Shown: positions 16,640 through 27,202, counted from the stretch's first letter. The stretch: 51,147 bases of DNA from Clostridiales bacterium (GCA_036768735.1 DAIPML010000002.1:1-51147); one strand, 5' to 3'. Notes: generated by a model from the sequence alone, not told the origin. Made by a program: numbers and translations.

Positions 16640-16870
16640 TTTGGATTTAACAAACGCCTTAGAACCCCTGCCTCTGTGCGTACTTTAAGTCTTTTGGGAT
16701 TAAAATCTTTTGCCAGGGGCAAACCAAATTTTGCTTCAGCCGGGGTTCGTTTAGAATAAGGAGCATCTTTATGTGTCCATGAGGGGCTTTCTTTGAAAAA
16801 GAATGAGTGAGAAAATGAAGTATTTGAAAGTACAATAAGTATCTGAAAATATATTGAGGGGGAATTTATC

Positions 16871-17878
16871 ATGGATCAAAACAATCCATTTGACACCAAC
16901 AACAAAAAAGTTGTAGATCTTGACAAGTTAAAAATGAAATCTTACTTAAAATATATAGTAATAATATTCGGAGTTTTTATTGCGTTTCTGATATTATTTA
17001 ACACTTTTACCTTTACAGTGGATGAAAGGGAACAGGTGGTTATAACGCAATTTGACAAAATCATACGTGTTATTGTAGATGATAAATCAGATCCATCTAT
17101 TGAGATGATTGTGAATAATGATAATTTTAAAAATATAAAAATCGAAGAGGGGAAAGGGCTGTTTTTCAAATTACCTTTCCTGCATAAAATTATACCCTTT
17201 TCAAATCAACTACTTACATATGATGCACCAGCAGATGAGGTTCTGACTTTAGATAAGAAATCCATCGTACTGGATTCTTATGCTCAATGGAGGATCAATA
17301 ATCCAGTTTTATTTATGCAAGCTATGGGAGACACTTCATATGCTAATCAAAGGATCGACGAATATATTGATTCAAAAATACGTGAGGAAATTGGTAGAAT
17401 TGATGCACATATACTCGTTACCGACAAAAACTATATGACGGAAATGCTTGTTAGGGTTAAGGATTATATAAATAGTCAACTAATAACTACAGGTGTTGTT
17501 GTAGGTGATATACGCATAAAAAGGACGGAATACCCTGAGGCTACATACCAGAATATTTTTGAGCAAATGAGATCCGAACGCCAAGCTGTTGCTACAGAAT
17601 ACCGCTCGGAAGGTTTGAAAGAGGCTCAGAGCATACGTTCTTCTGCTGAAAGAGAAGCCACAATTATTGAGGCTCAGGCATACGAGCAGGCTCAAAAGCT
17701 TCGCGGTGAAGGTGATGCTGAGGCTTTGAAAATTTACGCAGAGGCATATAACAAAGATCCTGAGTTTTATGCTTTTTGGCAGACACTGCAGACATATAAG
17801 GATGTTATAGACAAGGATACAACCATAATTATCAGCCCGGATTCTGATTTTGCTAAGTATATTTATGGAAAGGACTAA
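16871..17878 (+). CDS. hflC: SPFH/band-7 protein, FtsH modulator HflC
   Basis: TM helix plus SPFH domain (VDEREQVVITQFDKIIRV ... GLFFKLPFLHKI) and a C-terminal coiled coil. GAGGGGGA lies upstream. Confidence 0.85.
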   Translation: MDQNNPFDTNNKKVVDLDKLKMKSYLKYIVIIFGVFIAFLILFNTFTFTVDEREQVVITQFDKIIRVIVDDKSDPSIEMIVNNDNFKNIKIEEGKGLFFKLPFLHKIIPFSNQLLTYDAPADEVLTLDKKSIVLDSYAQWRINNPVLFMQAMGDTSYANQRIDEYIDSKIREEIGRIDAHILVTDKNYMTEMLVRVKDYINSQLITTGVVVGDIRIKRTEYPEATYQNIFEQMRSERQAVATEYRSEGLKEAQSIRSSAEREATIIEAQAYEQAQKLRGEGDAEALKIYAEAYNKDPEFYAFWQTLQTYKDVIDKDTTIIISPDSDFAKYIYGKD

Positions 17879-18090
17879 GAATTGAGAAGTATCCTTCTAA
17901 GCAAGAAAAGGGAATGTACCCTTGAAATCCTTTGTTGTGGATGGTTTCTGCAGATATACTATACTGCGAGCAAAGGGATATCTCTCTTTAATTGCTTTGG
18001 AAAGTATATTTCACTATACATTAGGGTGAACACATTTCATGCATAAAACGCCAATGTAAGGCTTTCACCATGGATGCAATATATTTTAGT

Positions 18091-18292
18091 GCGAGTAGTG
18101 TTTTGAGGTGCTGGTACCGACATGCTGAGGTGTGGTATCGCCTCGCCGTCGGTACCAGCTATGCAGACAAGCGCCCAATACAGGTGCGTACCTAAGGAGC
18201 GTACCAACCGGAACGCTCCCCCAAGAAGGATAACCCTAATCACTGGAACGCACCCCCAAGAAGGGTAGCCCTAAAGTACTGTGGGAAAGTTG
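18091..18292 (-). repeat. Family D repeat, copy D2 (two internal units)
   Basis: The reverse complement starts with caactttcccacagtac, 2 nt after the lipid-kinase stop. It contains the perfect 12-bp inverted repeat gctggtaccgac (18110-18121) / gtcggtaccagc (18148-18159). Confidence 0.85.
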
Positions 18293-18294
18293 GG

Positions 18295-19191
18295 TTAATC
18301 AATTTTATTAACAAACAGTTTTACAGCAGGGTGTATACACTTAACATGTATTGGAAGCAGGGTGCCCGATTCGCCATCTACACATATTTGAACCTGTTTT
18401 TCGGATTGAATTCTGCACTCTTTAGCGCGGATATGGATCATTCGACTGTCGCTGGACAATTCTTTTGACATTATTTTAATGAGTAGATTCAAAAGCTCTT
18501 TTGGCTTTGAATTTTTAAAAAGCAGGATATCAATGAGCCCATCTTCGATGTCGGCTTCCTTGAAAAAATCAGAGAAACCGGCAACGTTTCTTCCGTTAAT
18601 AACAAGAAACAGAATAACATCTTCATTAATGCGACAGTTTTCTGTTTCAACAGACAGGTTAAAAGTTTCAACCTTGGGCAAGGCATCGAAGGCTTTAAGA
18701 TAATAGGCAACAATACCGATGCTTTTTTTTAACTCGTTTCCCGTATGTATGGAGACATTGGAAAACAAACCTCCGCAGAGATTGCCCAGAAAGTAATGAT
18801 GATCATTTATTAAACCTGCATCAATTTCTTTTATTTTGCCTGACATAATTACATTTATCCAGTCGTCTATGTTGTTTGTCATTCCGATGCTGCGGGCAAA
18901 ATCATTGCAGGTACCACCGGGGAAAATACCTATTGGAATTGTTATACCGTTTTTAATATAGAAATTAACCATGTAATTCACGCTACCGTCACCACCTGAA
19001 ACAATAGAAAAGGAATAAGAATCTGAATGGAAAATTTCCTTAAGCGACGATGTACAATCATCATTTTGAAATAATCTGAAAGGAACAAGTAAAACTCCGG
19101 CCTCTTGAAATTTCTCAAACAAATAATCGAGGTTGTTTTTTATGCTGTGGTCCCCAGATTTAGGATTATAAATAAAAAGCCCTTTTTGCAT
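18295..19191 (-). CDS. Diacylglycerol kinase-family lipid kinase (DagK/YegS-like)
   Basis: 298 aa with DAGK catalytic-domain motifs NPKSG, VSGGDGSVN and GTCNDFARSIG. Confidence 0.85.
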   Translation of the reverse strand: MQKGLFIYNPKSGDHSIKNNLDYLFEKFQEAGVLLVPFRLFQNDDCTSSLKEIFHSDSYSFSIVSGGDGSVNYMVNFYIKNGITIPIGIFPGGTCNDFARSIGMTNNIDDWINVIMSGKIKEIDAGLINDHHYFLGNLCGGLFSNVSIHTGNELKKSIGIVAYYLKAFDALPKVETFNLSVETENCRINEDVILFLVINGRNVAGFSDFFKEADIEDGLIDILLFKNSKPKELLNLLIKIMSKELSSDSRMIHIRAKECRIQSEKQVQICVDGESGTLLPIHVKCIHPAVKLFVNKID

Positions 19192-19241
19192 TAGTATCTC
19201 CTAAAAAATAATTTGTTTATTTTAAAGAGGTAACAAGATAG

Positions 19242-19330
19242 CCCCGCCCAAACTCTTTGCATACTTTCGACAATTAGGGTTGAAAAACGTCTGGCGGTGG
19301 TACCGTTTACCAAAATCAGACGGCGAGCTT
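19242..19330 (+). repeat. Family A repeat, diverged copy A5
   Basis: ccccgcccaaactctttgcatactttcgacaattagggttgaaaaacgtctggcggtgg...cagacggcgagc is collinear with 46840-46910 and 50970-51057. Confidence 0.6.
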
Positions 19331-19598
19331 ATCTATAACCTAGATGTATAGTCGAGCAGACCGGTACATGGGCGACTAGCTTCGACATAACAGTGCTTCA
19401 CAATTGTAAAAAAAAACTTGCTCGGTTAAAAGGGTATGTAAATATGTTGCCCAACAAACTCTATATAATAATAGATTATAAAAAAAAATAGTGGTAAAAT
19501 AAAAGTCGAAGTACGTTGAATTAGGAATTTAAAAATATAGATATAAATTGATACATGTTCCATTATCTAAAATATGAAACACAGGATGGTTTTTTCAG

Positions 19599-21479
19599 AT
19601 GGATAAGAAAAATCGGTTTTTGAGTGGCGTTTACCATGATATATATGAAAAAAAGGATCAATTTCCTGATAAAAAAGGGCAATCTCCTGAAAAAGACGGA
19701 CAATCACATTTAAAACATCCAAATCAGGAGAACTCCCTTGAAAATGAACTGAATTCACTCATGGATGATTTCTATAAAAAGCAGGGGCTTGTGATGTCGG
19801 AAGAATTAAATACACCGCCATTTAAAGCTGAAGAAATCCGTGGTGAAATTGAAAAACTCATAGGGTTATCAAATATAAAAGAAGATATTGAAGCTTTAAT
19901 GGATTTTGTCAAAATACAAAAGCTTCGGCAGGAGCATGGGCTTAGCGAGAGCAATCTATCATTGCATACTGCATTTATCGGAAATCCCGGTACAGGCAAG
20001 ACTACAGTTGCAAGGTTAATGGGTGAATATTTTAAATCTCTTGGTATTTTAAAAAAAGGGCATCTTGTTGAAGTAACCCGCTCCGACTTGGTCGCCCAAT
20101 ATGTAGGCGGTACTGCAGTAAAAACAAATAAAGTAATTGATAAAGCCATCGATGGCATACTTTTTATAGATGAAGCCTATGCTCTTTCCGAAGGCGGTGA
20201 AAACGATTTTGGTAAAGAGGTAATAAATATTCTTGTAGATCGCATGGAAAAAGACAGGAACAGGCTTGCTGTTTTTCTTGCCGGATATGAAGAAAACATG
20301 AAAACATTTCTAAATTCCAACCCGGGCTTGGGTTCAAGAGTAAGCAGAAAGTTTTATTTCAATGATTATACGGGCTTTGAGCTTATGCAAATTTTTAAGC
20401 TTCAAATGGATAAGAGCCAGTATATTATGAATGAAGAATGCCTTGCTAAAATGGAGCAGTACTTCACATACTTATATGACATACGTGATCATCACTTTGG
20501 TAACGGACGTGTTGTGCGTAATACCCTTGAAATGTTAATCAAATATCAGTCCGACAGGCTTGCTGAGGAAGAAAATGTAACTGTTGAGATGCTTAAAGAG
20601 ATAACACTCGAAGACATTGAGAGAGCGGTTCCGATAAACAACATAATCGTAACAGATGATAAGCTTGGAAATGTTATGGACGAACTGAACCGGTATGTTG
20701 GGCTTAAAAATATTAAAGAGCATATATCAAGCCTTGTTAATATGATAAAGACAAATCAGAAGAGGGAAGAGATGGGGCTTCCTGTTAAACAGCTCTCATA
20801 CCATGCAATTTTTTGCGGCTCACCCGGTACTGGTAAAACCACTATTGCCAGGATTTTAGGGAAAATTTATCAAACCCTTGGTATATTAAAAAAAGGCCAT
20901 GTGGTTGAAGTTGATAGAAGCGGTCTTGTTGCGGGCTATGTTGGACAGACCGAGGAAAAAACCAGCAAGGTTATAGATAGGGCAATGGACGGGATTTTAT
21001 TTATTGACGAGGCTTATGCTCTTACAGGAGGGAGCAATGATTTTGGTAGGAATGCAATAGATACAATACTTAAAAGGATGGATGATAACAGAGACCGATT
21101 GATTGTAATTGCAGCCGGGTATACAAATAAAATGAAAACATTCATAAATTCAAACCCAGGGCTTAAAGATCGTTTTAACTGGACCTTTGAATTTCATGAT
21201 TATACCGAAACCGAGCTCTATGATATATTTTTAACTTTTTCACAAAAGCAGCAATATGTATTAAGCGAGGATGCACAAAAAATGCTTAAAGAGCACTTCA
21301 AATCCATATATAAGCTAAGAAATGAGCAATTCGGTAATGGACGATATGTTAGAAACCTCTTTGAAAAGATTGTCATGGAGCAGTCAAATAGAATTGGCTC
21401 GAATATCGAAACCATAGAAAAAGAGGATTTGTCTTTAATCACCGAAGGAGATGTAAGTCGAGCGTTTCTGTTGCTATAG
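19599..21479 (+). CDS. Tandem AAA+ ATPase of the SpoVK/CbbX family (two complete modules)
   Basis: Walker A GNPGTGKTT and GSPGTGKTT. Walker B ILFIDEAY occurs twice, and both modules carry VFLAGY/VIAAGY and NPGLxSR motifs. The low-complexity N-terminus makes the start uncertain (ATG 19599, 19761 or 19794). Confidence 0.85.
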   Translation: MDKKNRFLSGVYHDIYEKKDQFPDKKGQSPEKDGQSHLKHPNQENSLENELNSLMDDFYKKQGLVMSEELNTPPFKAEEIRGEIEKLIGLSNIKEDIEALMDFVKIQKLRQEHGLSESNLSLHTAFIGNPGTGKTTVARLMGEYFKSLGILKKGHLVEVTRSDLVAQYVGGTAVKTNKVIDKAIDGILFIDEAYALSEGGENDFGKEVINILVDRMEKDRNRLAVFLAGYEENMKTFLNSNPGLGSRVSRKFYFNDYTGFELMQIFKLQMDKSQYIMNEECLAKMEQYFTYLYDIRDHHFGNGRVVRNTLEMLIKYQSDRLAEEENVTVEMLKEITLEDIERAVPINNIIVTDDKLGNVMDELNRYVGLKNIKEHISSLVNMIKTNQKREEMGLPVKQLSYHAIFCGSPGTGKTTIARILGKIYQTLGILKKGHVVEVDRSGLVAGYVGQTEEKTSKVIDRAMDGILFIDEAYALTGGSNDFGRNAIDTILKRMDDNRDRLIVIAAGYTNKMKTFINSNPGLKDRFNWTFEFHDYTETELYDIFLTFSQKQQYVLSEDAQKMLKEHFKSIYKLRNEQFGNGRYVRNLFEKIVMEQSNRIGSNIETIEKEDLSLITEGDVSRAFLLL

Positions 21480-21691
21480 GTAAAGCCATATTTACAATGA
21501 GATTAGAGGATACTAAAATATAACGAGGTTCGGAAGTCCATTTAATTGCAAATCTTAGCTTTCTTTTTTCAACTTAATTTATCTGCTCTGATTTGACCAT
21601 AACAGATACAGCAACAAGAACTGGTATATTATTGTCAGATTTCTTCAGCCACAGGATTTCGACAATTTATTATTCTTTTTTCTTTTTATCC

Positions 21692-21720
21692 TTGTATACA
21701 AAAAACATTTATATTATAAT
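21692..21720 (+). promoter_or_regulatory. Candidate sigmaA promoter (TTGTAT-17-TATAAT) for pta-ackA
   Basis: TTGTAT at 21692-21697 and TATAAT at 21715-21720. Confidence 0.4.
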
Positions 21721-21849
21721 TGTATTGGTTTAGAAAGCTTGCAAATAGCTTATTATAAGGTTTTAATACTAGGTCATAATTACGTTTGATGTTATCAATA
21801 ATGACTATACAAAAACGATCGAAAAGCAGTATCGTTAAAAGTATTATAG

Positions 21850-22875
<1,026 letters not shown>

Positions 22876-22899
22876 CATATAATTGGGGGATTAAGACAC

Positions 22900-24099
22900 A
22901 TGAAAATACTCGTAATAAATACAGGAAGCTCTTCATTAAAATATCAATTAATTGACACTGAAAATGTAATTGTTCTTGCTAAAGGACTTTGCGAAAGAAT
23001 TGGGCTTGGAGATTCGATTATTAAGCAGTCTGATTATTTAGGCAAGTCATTCAAAAAAGAGATTGAGCTTAATAATCATAATGACGCAATAAAAGAAGTT
23101 ATCAACGCTTTAACATGCAAGGAATATGGTGTAATTTCAAGTATGGACGAAATTTCGTCCGTTGGTCACCGAGTTGTTCATGGTGGAGAGAAATTTTATA
23201 AATCAGTCGTTATTGATGATGAAGTTCTTGAAGCAATAGAGGAATGTATTATTATGGCTCCGCTTCATAACGGACCTAACATGATTGGTATTAAAGCCTG
23301 TAAAGCAATACTGCCAAATGTTCCGATGGTTGCAGTTTTTGATACCGCTTTTCATCAGTCAATGCCAAAAGAAGCCTTTATTTTTGCTTTACCGTACAGC
23401 TTTTATGAGGATAACGGGATTCGTAGATATGGCTTCCACGGTACTTCCCATAAGTATGTTTCGGAAAGAGCAGCAGCTTTGCTGGACAAACCATATGAAT
23501 CACTAAAAATTGTTACCTGTCACTTGGGTAATGGTTCGAGTATATGCGCTGTAAAAAACGGTAAATCTATTGATACGAGCATGGGATATACGCCATTGGA
23601 TGGTCTCCCAATGGGCACAAGATGTGGTTCAATTGATCCTGCTATTGTTACAGGCTTAATTGAACACGAAAATTATGATGCGGCAATGCTTAATGATCTA
23701 TTAAATAAAAAATCCGGTGTTTTGGGCATATCCGGCGTCAGCAGTGATTTTAGAGATCTGGAGGATGCAGCTGAAAAAGGTAACGAACGTGCCAAGCTTG
23801 CTCTTGATGTTTTCGTTTACAGTGTTAAAAAGTATATAGGTGCTTATGCTGCTGCAATGGGTGGAATTGATGCACTGGTATTCACTGCTGGTATCGGAGA
23901 AAACAATGGCACTCTAAGAAAGCAAGCGGTATCAGGGTTAGAATTCTTAGGCATCGGTATAGATGATGAGAAAAACAATCAAAGAGGAAAAGAATTGGAT
24001 ATTAGTACAGCGGATGCAAAAGTAAGAACACTTGTTATTCCAACAAATGAAGAGCTTGCTATTGCTAGGGAAACTGTTAGGCTTATTGGAAAAAAATAA
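22900..24099 (+). CDS. ackA: Acetate kinase
   Basis: 399 aa with [32 protein letters not shown] and TAGIGEN. Confidence 0.95.
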   Translation: MKILVINTGSSSLKYQLIDTENVIVLAKGLCERIGLGDSIIKQSDYLGKSFKKEIELNNHNDAIKEVINALTCKEYGVISSMDEISSVGHRVVHGGEKFYKSVVIDDEVLEAIEECIIMAPLHNGPNMIGIKACKAILPNVPMVAVFDTAFHQSMPKEAFIFALPYSFYEDNGIRRYGFHGTSHKYVSERAAALLDKPYESLKIVTCHLGNGSSICAVKNGKSIDTSMGYTPLDGLPMGTRCGSIDPAIVTGLIEHENYDAAMLNDLLNKKSGVLGISGVSSDFRDLEDAAEKGNERAKLALDVFVYSVKKYIGAYAAAMGGIDALVFTAGIGENNGTLRKQAVSGLEFLGIGIDDEKNNQRGKELDISTADAKVRTLVIPTNEELAIARETVRLIGKK

Positions 24100-24145
24100 A
24101 GAAATTCTTCATTGACAAGATATAAAACCACATGATACATTTTAG

Positions 24146-24183
24146 GGTGAAGTTAATGAATAATTATACTTCACCTTATTTAA
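24146..24183 (+). terminator. Probable terminator after ackA
   Basis: 8-bp stem GGTGAAGT/ACTTCACC with a 14-nt loop, followed by TTATTT. A TTGACA box at 24112-24117 means it could instead lie in a lysC leader. Confidence 0.45.
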
Positions 24184-24221
24184 TGCTCAAAATAACAGAA
24201 TTGCTGTGCAATTTCAACACA

Positions 24222-24305
24222 CCCCGGTTGCATGGGCGAGCAGCAAACAAAGTTTGCGACCAGCCCCGGTTGCATGGGCGAGCAGCAAACGAAGTTTGCG
24301 ACCAG
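24222..24305 (+). repeat. 42-bp direct tandem repeat x2 (family C module)
   Basis: ccccggttgcatgggcgagcagcaaacAaagtttgcgaccag occurs at 24222-24263 and again at 24264-24305 with one mismatch. It is related to 51072-51107. An inverted family A core (atacgcgaagaggtgtgg) lies at 24329-24347. Confidence 0.9.
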
Positions 24306-24479
24306 CCATTTCAACGGGGCGGGGGAAAGATACGCGAAGAGGTGTGGAATATGACATATTTTGGGCCAGTAAAGTGAAATCACATATTGAACAAGAAACT
24401 GAACATAAACATATATATATAAGTGAACTGATGCTCGATCCAATTCACGTATATATAGCGGATTTTCGGAGGGAAGTAA

Positions 24480-25841
24480 ATGAAGGTTTGTAAATTTGGA
24501 GGTACATCATTAGCTTCGGCAGATCAGATTAAAAAGGTTTGCGACATAGTTACATCTGATCCTGAACGGAGATTAGTGGTTGTTTCAGCACCGGGGAAAG
24601 AATTTGATGACGATATTAAAGTAACCGACCTTTTGATAAATTTGGCGGAAGCCTATTTAAAAACTCAAAATTGTGATAAAGAGCTTAATCAGGTCGTTTC
24701 GAGATATCAAAGAATCGCTGAAGGGCTTAATTTAGGTGATGGAATTGTCAAAGATATTGAAAACAATTTAAAGACAAGAATTTCACTGGGTTATGACCAT
24801 AAAGAAAAATTTATCGACAGAATGAAAGCTGCTGGTGAGGATAATAGTGCGCGCCTGGTAGCAAAGTATTTAAGGAGTCTGGGTTACAATGCAAAATATA
24901 TTAATCCTAAGGATGCCGGACTATATTTAAGTGATGAATATGGTAATGCTCGTATATTGCCTCAATCCTTTAAAAATCTTTCAAAACTCAGAGATATGGA
25001 TGGAATATTAATTTTCCCTGGGTTTTTTGGTTATTCATTGTCAGGCGAAGTAGTAACATTCTCAAGAGGTGGCTCTGATATTACCGGTTCCATACTTGCA
25101 GCTGCGATTGAGGCTGATATTTACGAAAACTTTACCGACGTCAACTCTGTTTATGCTGCAAATCCGAAATTAATAAAAAATCCCAAGGCTATTTCGGTTT
25201 TAACATACCGTGAAATGAGAGAGCTTGCGTATGCGGGTTTTTCTGTGCTTCATGAAGAAACCCTTGCTCCGGTTTTCAGAAAAGGGATACCTGTAAACAT
25301 CAGAAATACCAACAATCCTGAATCCAAAGGAACAATAATAGCCACAACGAGAAAAATTACCAATGGTCCAGTATCAGGCATCGCCGGTACAGGTGGCTTT
25401 TTAACAATTAATATTCATAAATATTTGATGAACAGAGAAATTGGTTTTGTTAGAAAGGTTCTTTCAATACTTGAAGAAGAATCTGTTTCGTTTGAGCATG
25501 TTCCTTCCGGTATTGATGATATCTCTATTATTCTGCGCAAAAAGCATATTGATGATGACAAGGTTTCCCGTATAATGGAACGTATTGCACATAACCTGGT
25601 TGTTGACAGTATTACAATTGGCTATGACCTTGCCCTTGTTATGGTTGTAGGTGAAGGCATGATGAACAGCATTGGAGTTGCAGGCAGAGCAACCACAGCT
25701 CTCGCAAAGGGTGGAGTAAATATAAGAATGATTAATCAGGGCTCGTCTGAAGTGAGTATAATGTTCGGAATTGATGAAAAGGATCTGGATGCTGCAATAA
25801 TTGCATTATATGATGAGTTTTTTGACGAAAACAATGAATGA
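24480..25841 (+). CDS. lysC: Aspartate kinase (monofunctional, about 450-aa class)
   Basis: N-terminus MKVCKFGGTSLASA, a kinase core and two C-terminal ACT-like regions. GGAGGG lies upstream. Confidence 0.9.
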   Translation: MKVCKFGGTSLASADQIKKVCDIVTSDPERRLVVVSAPGKEFDDDIKVTDLLINLAEAYLKTQNCDKELNQVVSRYQRIAEGLNLGDGIVKDIENNLKTRISLGYDHKEKFIDRMKAAGEDNSARLVAKYLRSLGYNAKYINPKDAGLYLSDEYGNARILPQSFKNLSKLRDMDGILIFPGFFGYSLSGEVVTFSRGGSDITGSILAAAIEADIYENFTDVNSVYAANPKLIKNPKAISVLTYREMRELAYAGFSVLHEETLAPVFRKGIPVNIRNTNNPESKGTIIATTRKITNGPVSGIAGTGGFLTINIHKYLMNREIGFVRKVLSILEEESVSFEHVPSGIDDISIILRKKHIDDDKVSRIMERIAHNLVVDSITIGYDLALVMVVGEGMMNSIGVAGRATTALAKGGVNIRMINQGSSEVSIMFGIDEKDLDAAIIALYDEFFDENNE

Positions 25842-25843
25842 CG

Positions 25844-25932
25844 CAACTTTCCCGTCACGGCTTGCGAGTGATATTTTTTGAGCACTGATAACGACATTCA
25901 GAGGTGTGATATCACGCCGTCAGTAGCTAAAA
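25844..25932 (+). repeat. Family D repeat, short copy D3
   Basis: It starts with caactttcccgtcac 3 nt after the lysC stop and contains cagaggtgtgatatcacgccgtc. Confidence 0.75.
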
Positions 25933-26020
25933 TCAAGATGAACCTTTTGCCCGTAAAATGTTGAAATTGTGCTGCCAATACTTCCATTGTTGTAAACTCA
26001 TAAAATGCGAGGTGAAATGT

Positions 26021-26605
26021 ATGCAAAAAAATCAGCCGGCAATTGATAACTTCTGTACCACACTCCCTGCTTACATTACTGAATTGCTTCAAAACGATGT
26101 AGACAGGAAAAAAAGCACTCTTTCAGATGTGCTTCAAAATACCTTAGAAACGCATTACGGTTTAGGTGGCTGGAAAGAGAAGCTGATTCAGGACATCCAA
26201 TATAGTACAAATAGAGAAATGACACCCTATGGTAAAGATAAGTGGAATGAAGAGATTTCAGAGGATGGAAAAACTATAAAAACTTGCTTTTTAGTAGATC
26301 TTCCATTTAAATCAGACATTATTCTTGAGATCGACAGAGCTAGGTATAGCTTGCAGTTTATTGCTTATACTGCTTCAAAAAATTATAGAAAGCAATTTAG
26401 AGGTTTTTATTCTCATTCAAGAGACGGGCTGCTTAATAGAGATATGCAAATAAATGAGTTTGCACGTTTCGCAACAATTGGTTATAAGCGAAATTTCACA
26501 GCTTTAATAATACAGGATATACTTGCGGGTTCTTTCTTTGCGGAAGATCTTATAAATGATTGTATGTTTTTAATGAATATTATTAAAATGTATAAGTGGG
26601 GGTAA
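26021..26605 (+). CDS. Hypothetical protein (194 aa), no family recognised
   Basis: GAGGTG lies 6 nt upstream of ATG 26021. The N-terminal ~45 aa (TTLPAYITELLQNDVDRKKSTLSDVLQNTLETHY) could be a strand-helix-helix DNA-binding motif. The rest is unrecognised. Confidence 0.6.
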   Translation: MQKNQPAIDNFCTTLPAYITELLQNDVDRKKSTLSDVLQNTLETHYGLGGWKEKLIQDIQYSTNREMTPYGKDKWNEEISEDGKTIKTCFLVDLPFKSDIILEIDRARYSLQFIAYTASKNYRKQFRGFYSHSRDGLLNRDMQINEFARFATIGYKRNFTALIIQDILAGSFFAEDLINDCMFLMNIIKMYKWG

Positions 26606-26756
26606 TGTACTGTTCAGAATATCTATCATAGTAGCAGATGGTTATGAAGTTTAAAGCTCTTGCAGGTTTTACAGTATACTTTGAACGGTACTGTTCAAAC
26701 CTTCTATAATTCCTCGTTACTTAAAAGGTATTAACTTTCCGGGTAGTTTATTCTGG

Positions 26757-26848
26757 TTCACTCCCTCTATATTTCCACAGCTGCCTTTGAACGTTATTAT
26801 TCACACCCTCATATTTCCACAGTTACCTTTGAACAGTTACCTTTAAAT
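26757..26848 (+). repeat. Family E repeat, two tandem 43-nt units plus a partial third
   Basis: ttcacTccctctatatttccacagCTGcctttgaac occupies 26757-26793, and ttcacAccctcatatttccacagTTAcctttgaac occupies 26800-26835. Related modules lie at 37114-37130 and 48923-48955. Confidence 0.85.
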
Positions 26849-26875
26849 AATTTGTTAAATAGTAAGAAAAATTTG

Positions 26876-26905
26876 TTGACAGATTTAACTGTATAAGCAT
26901 ATAAT
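26876..26905 (+). promoter_or_regulatory. Candidate sigmaA promoter (TTGACA-18-TATAAT) upstream of the aromatic leader
   Basis: TTGACA at 26876-26881 and TATAAT at 26900-26905. Confidence 0.55.
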
Positions 26906-27094
26906 ATGTTCTAACACTTACAGAATGAAGTTGAACCGGTTGGAATAAAAAACCATCGATGAAAACAAAAAACAGGTTTTTGACATCAAGTTATACCTTT
27001 ACCGGTATCAGCAAAGCTTCAAACTCGATAGTGTAAAGTAACTTATGAAAACGCAACTAAGACTTATGTTTAAAACTCATTGGAGGATACGAAA

Positions 27095-27202
27095 ATGAAT
27101 ATCCTTAACTTAAACAGCAGTTTTGTATTTTTTTACTTTTTTAGCTTTGCTTTTTACTTTACGTATTTTAGCACAGCCAATTTAATATGTAAAAAAGTAT
27201 AA
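27095..27202 (+). CDS. 35-codon Phe/Tyr-rich ORF: candidate leader peptide of the aro operon (alternatively a small hydrophobic protein)
   Basis: GGAGGA (27082-27087) lies 7 nt upstream of the ATG. The peptide is MNILNLNSSFVFFYFFSFAFYFTYFSTANLICKKV, with 9 Phe and 3 Tyr between residues 10 and 25. It ends 44 nt before a terminator and 163 nt before aroF. Confidence 0.45.
   Translation: MNILNLNSSFVFFYFFSFAFYFTYFSTANLICKKV

Noticed and set aside
24132-24493. Three overlapping ORFs (81, 87 and 95 aa) in the ackA-lysC spacer.
   Set aside because: They are generated by the GC-rich 42-bp tandem repeat and family A/C modules. They have no RBS, the same sequence is repeated elsewhere as non-coding DNA, and they are mutually overlapping.
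26607-26842. Array of TTTGAAC / GTTCAAA motifs as operator sites for a dedicated aro regulator (for example the adjacent orphan protein).
   Set aside because: The CCTTTGAAC motif is part of the dispersed family E module and also occurs at the tgt stop (48923-48931). Its clustering here is best explained by repeat tandemisation. A regulatory role is kept only as a weak possibility.
27046-27098. 17-codon ORF (MKTQLRLMFKTHWRIRK) whose TGA overlaps the leader ATG (ATGA), as a possible upstream coupled ORF.
   Set aside because: No Shine-Dalgarno sequence precedes it and it has no compositional signal. It is probably fortuitous.
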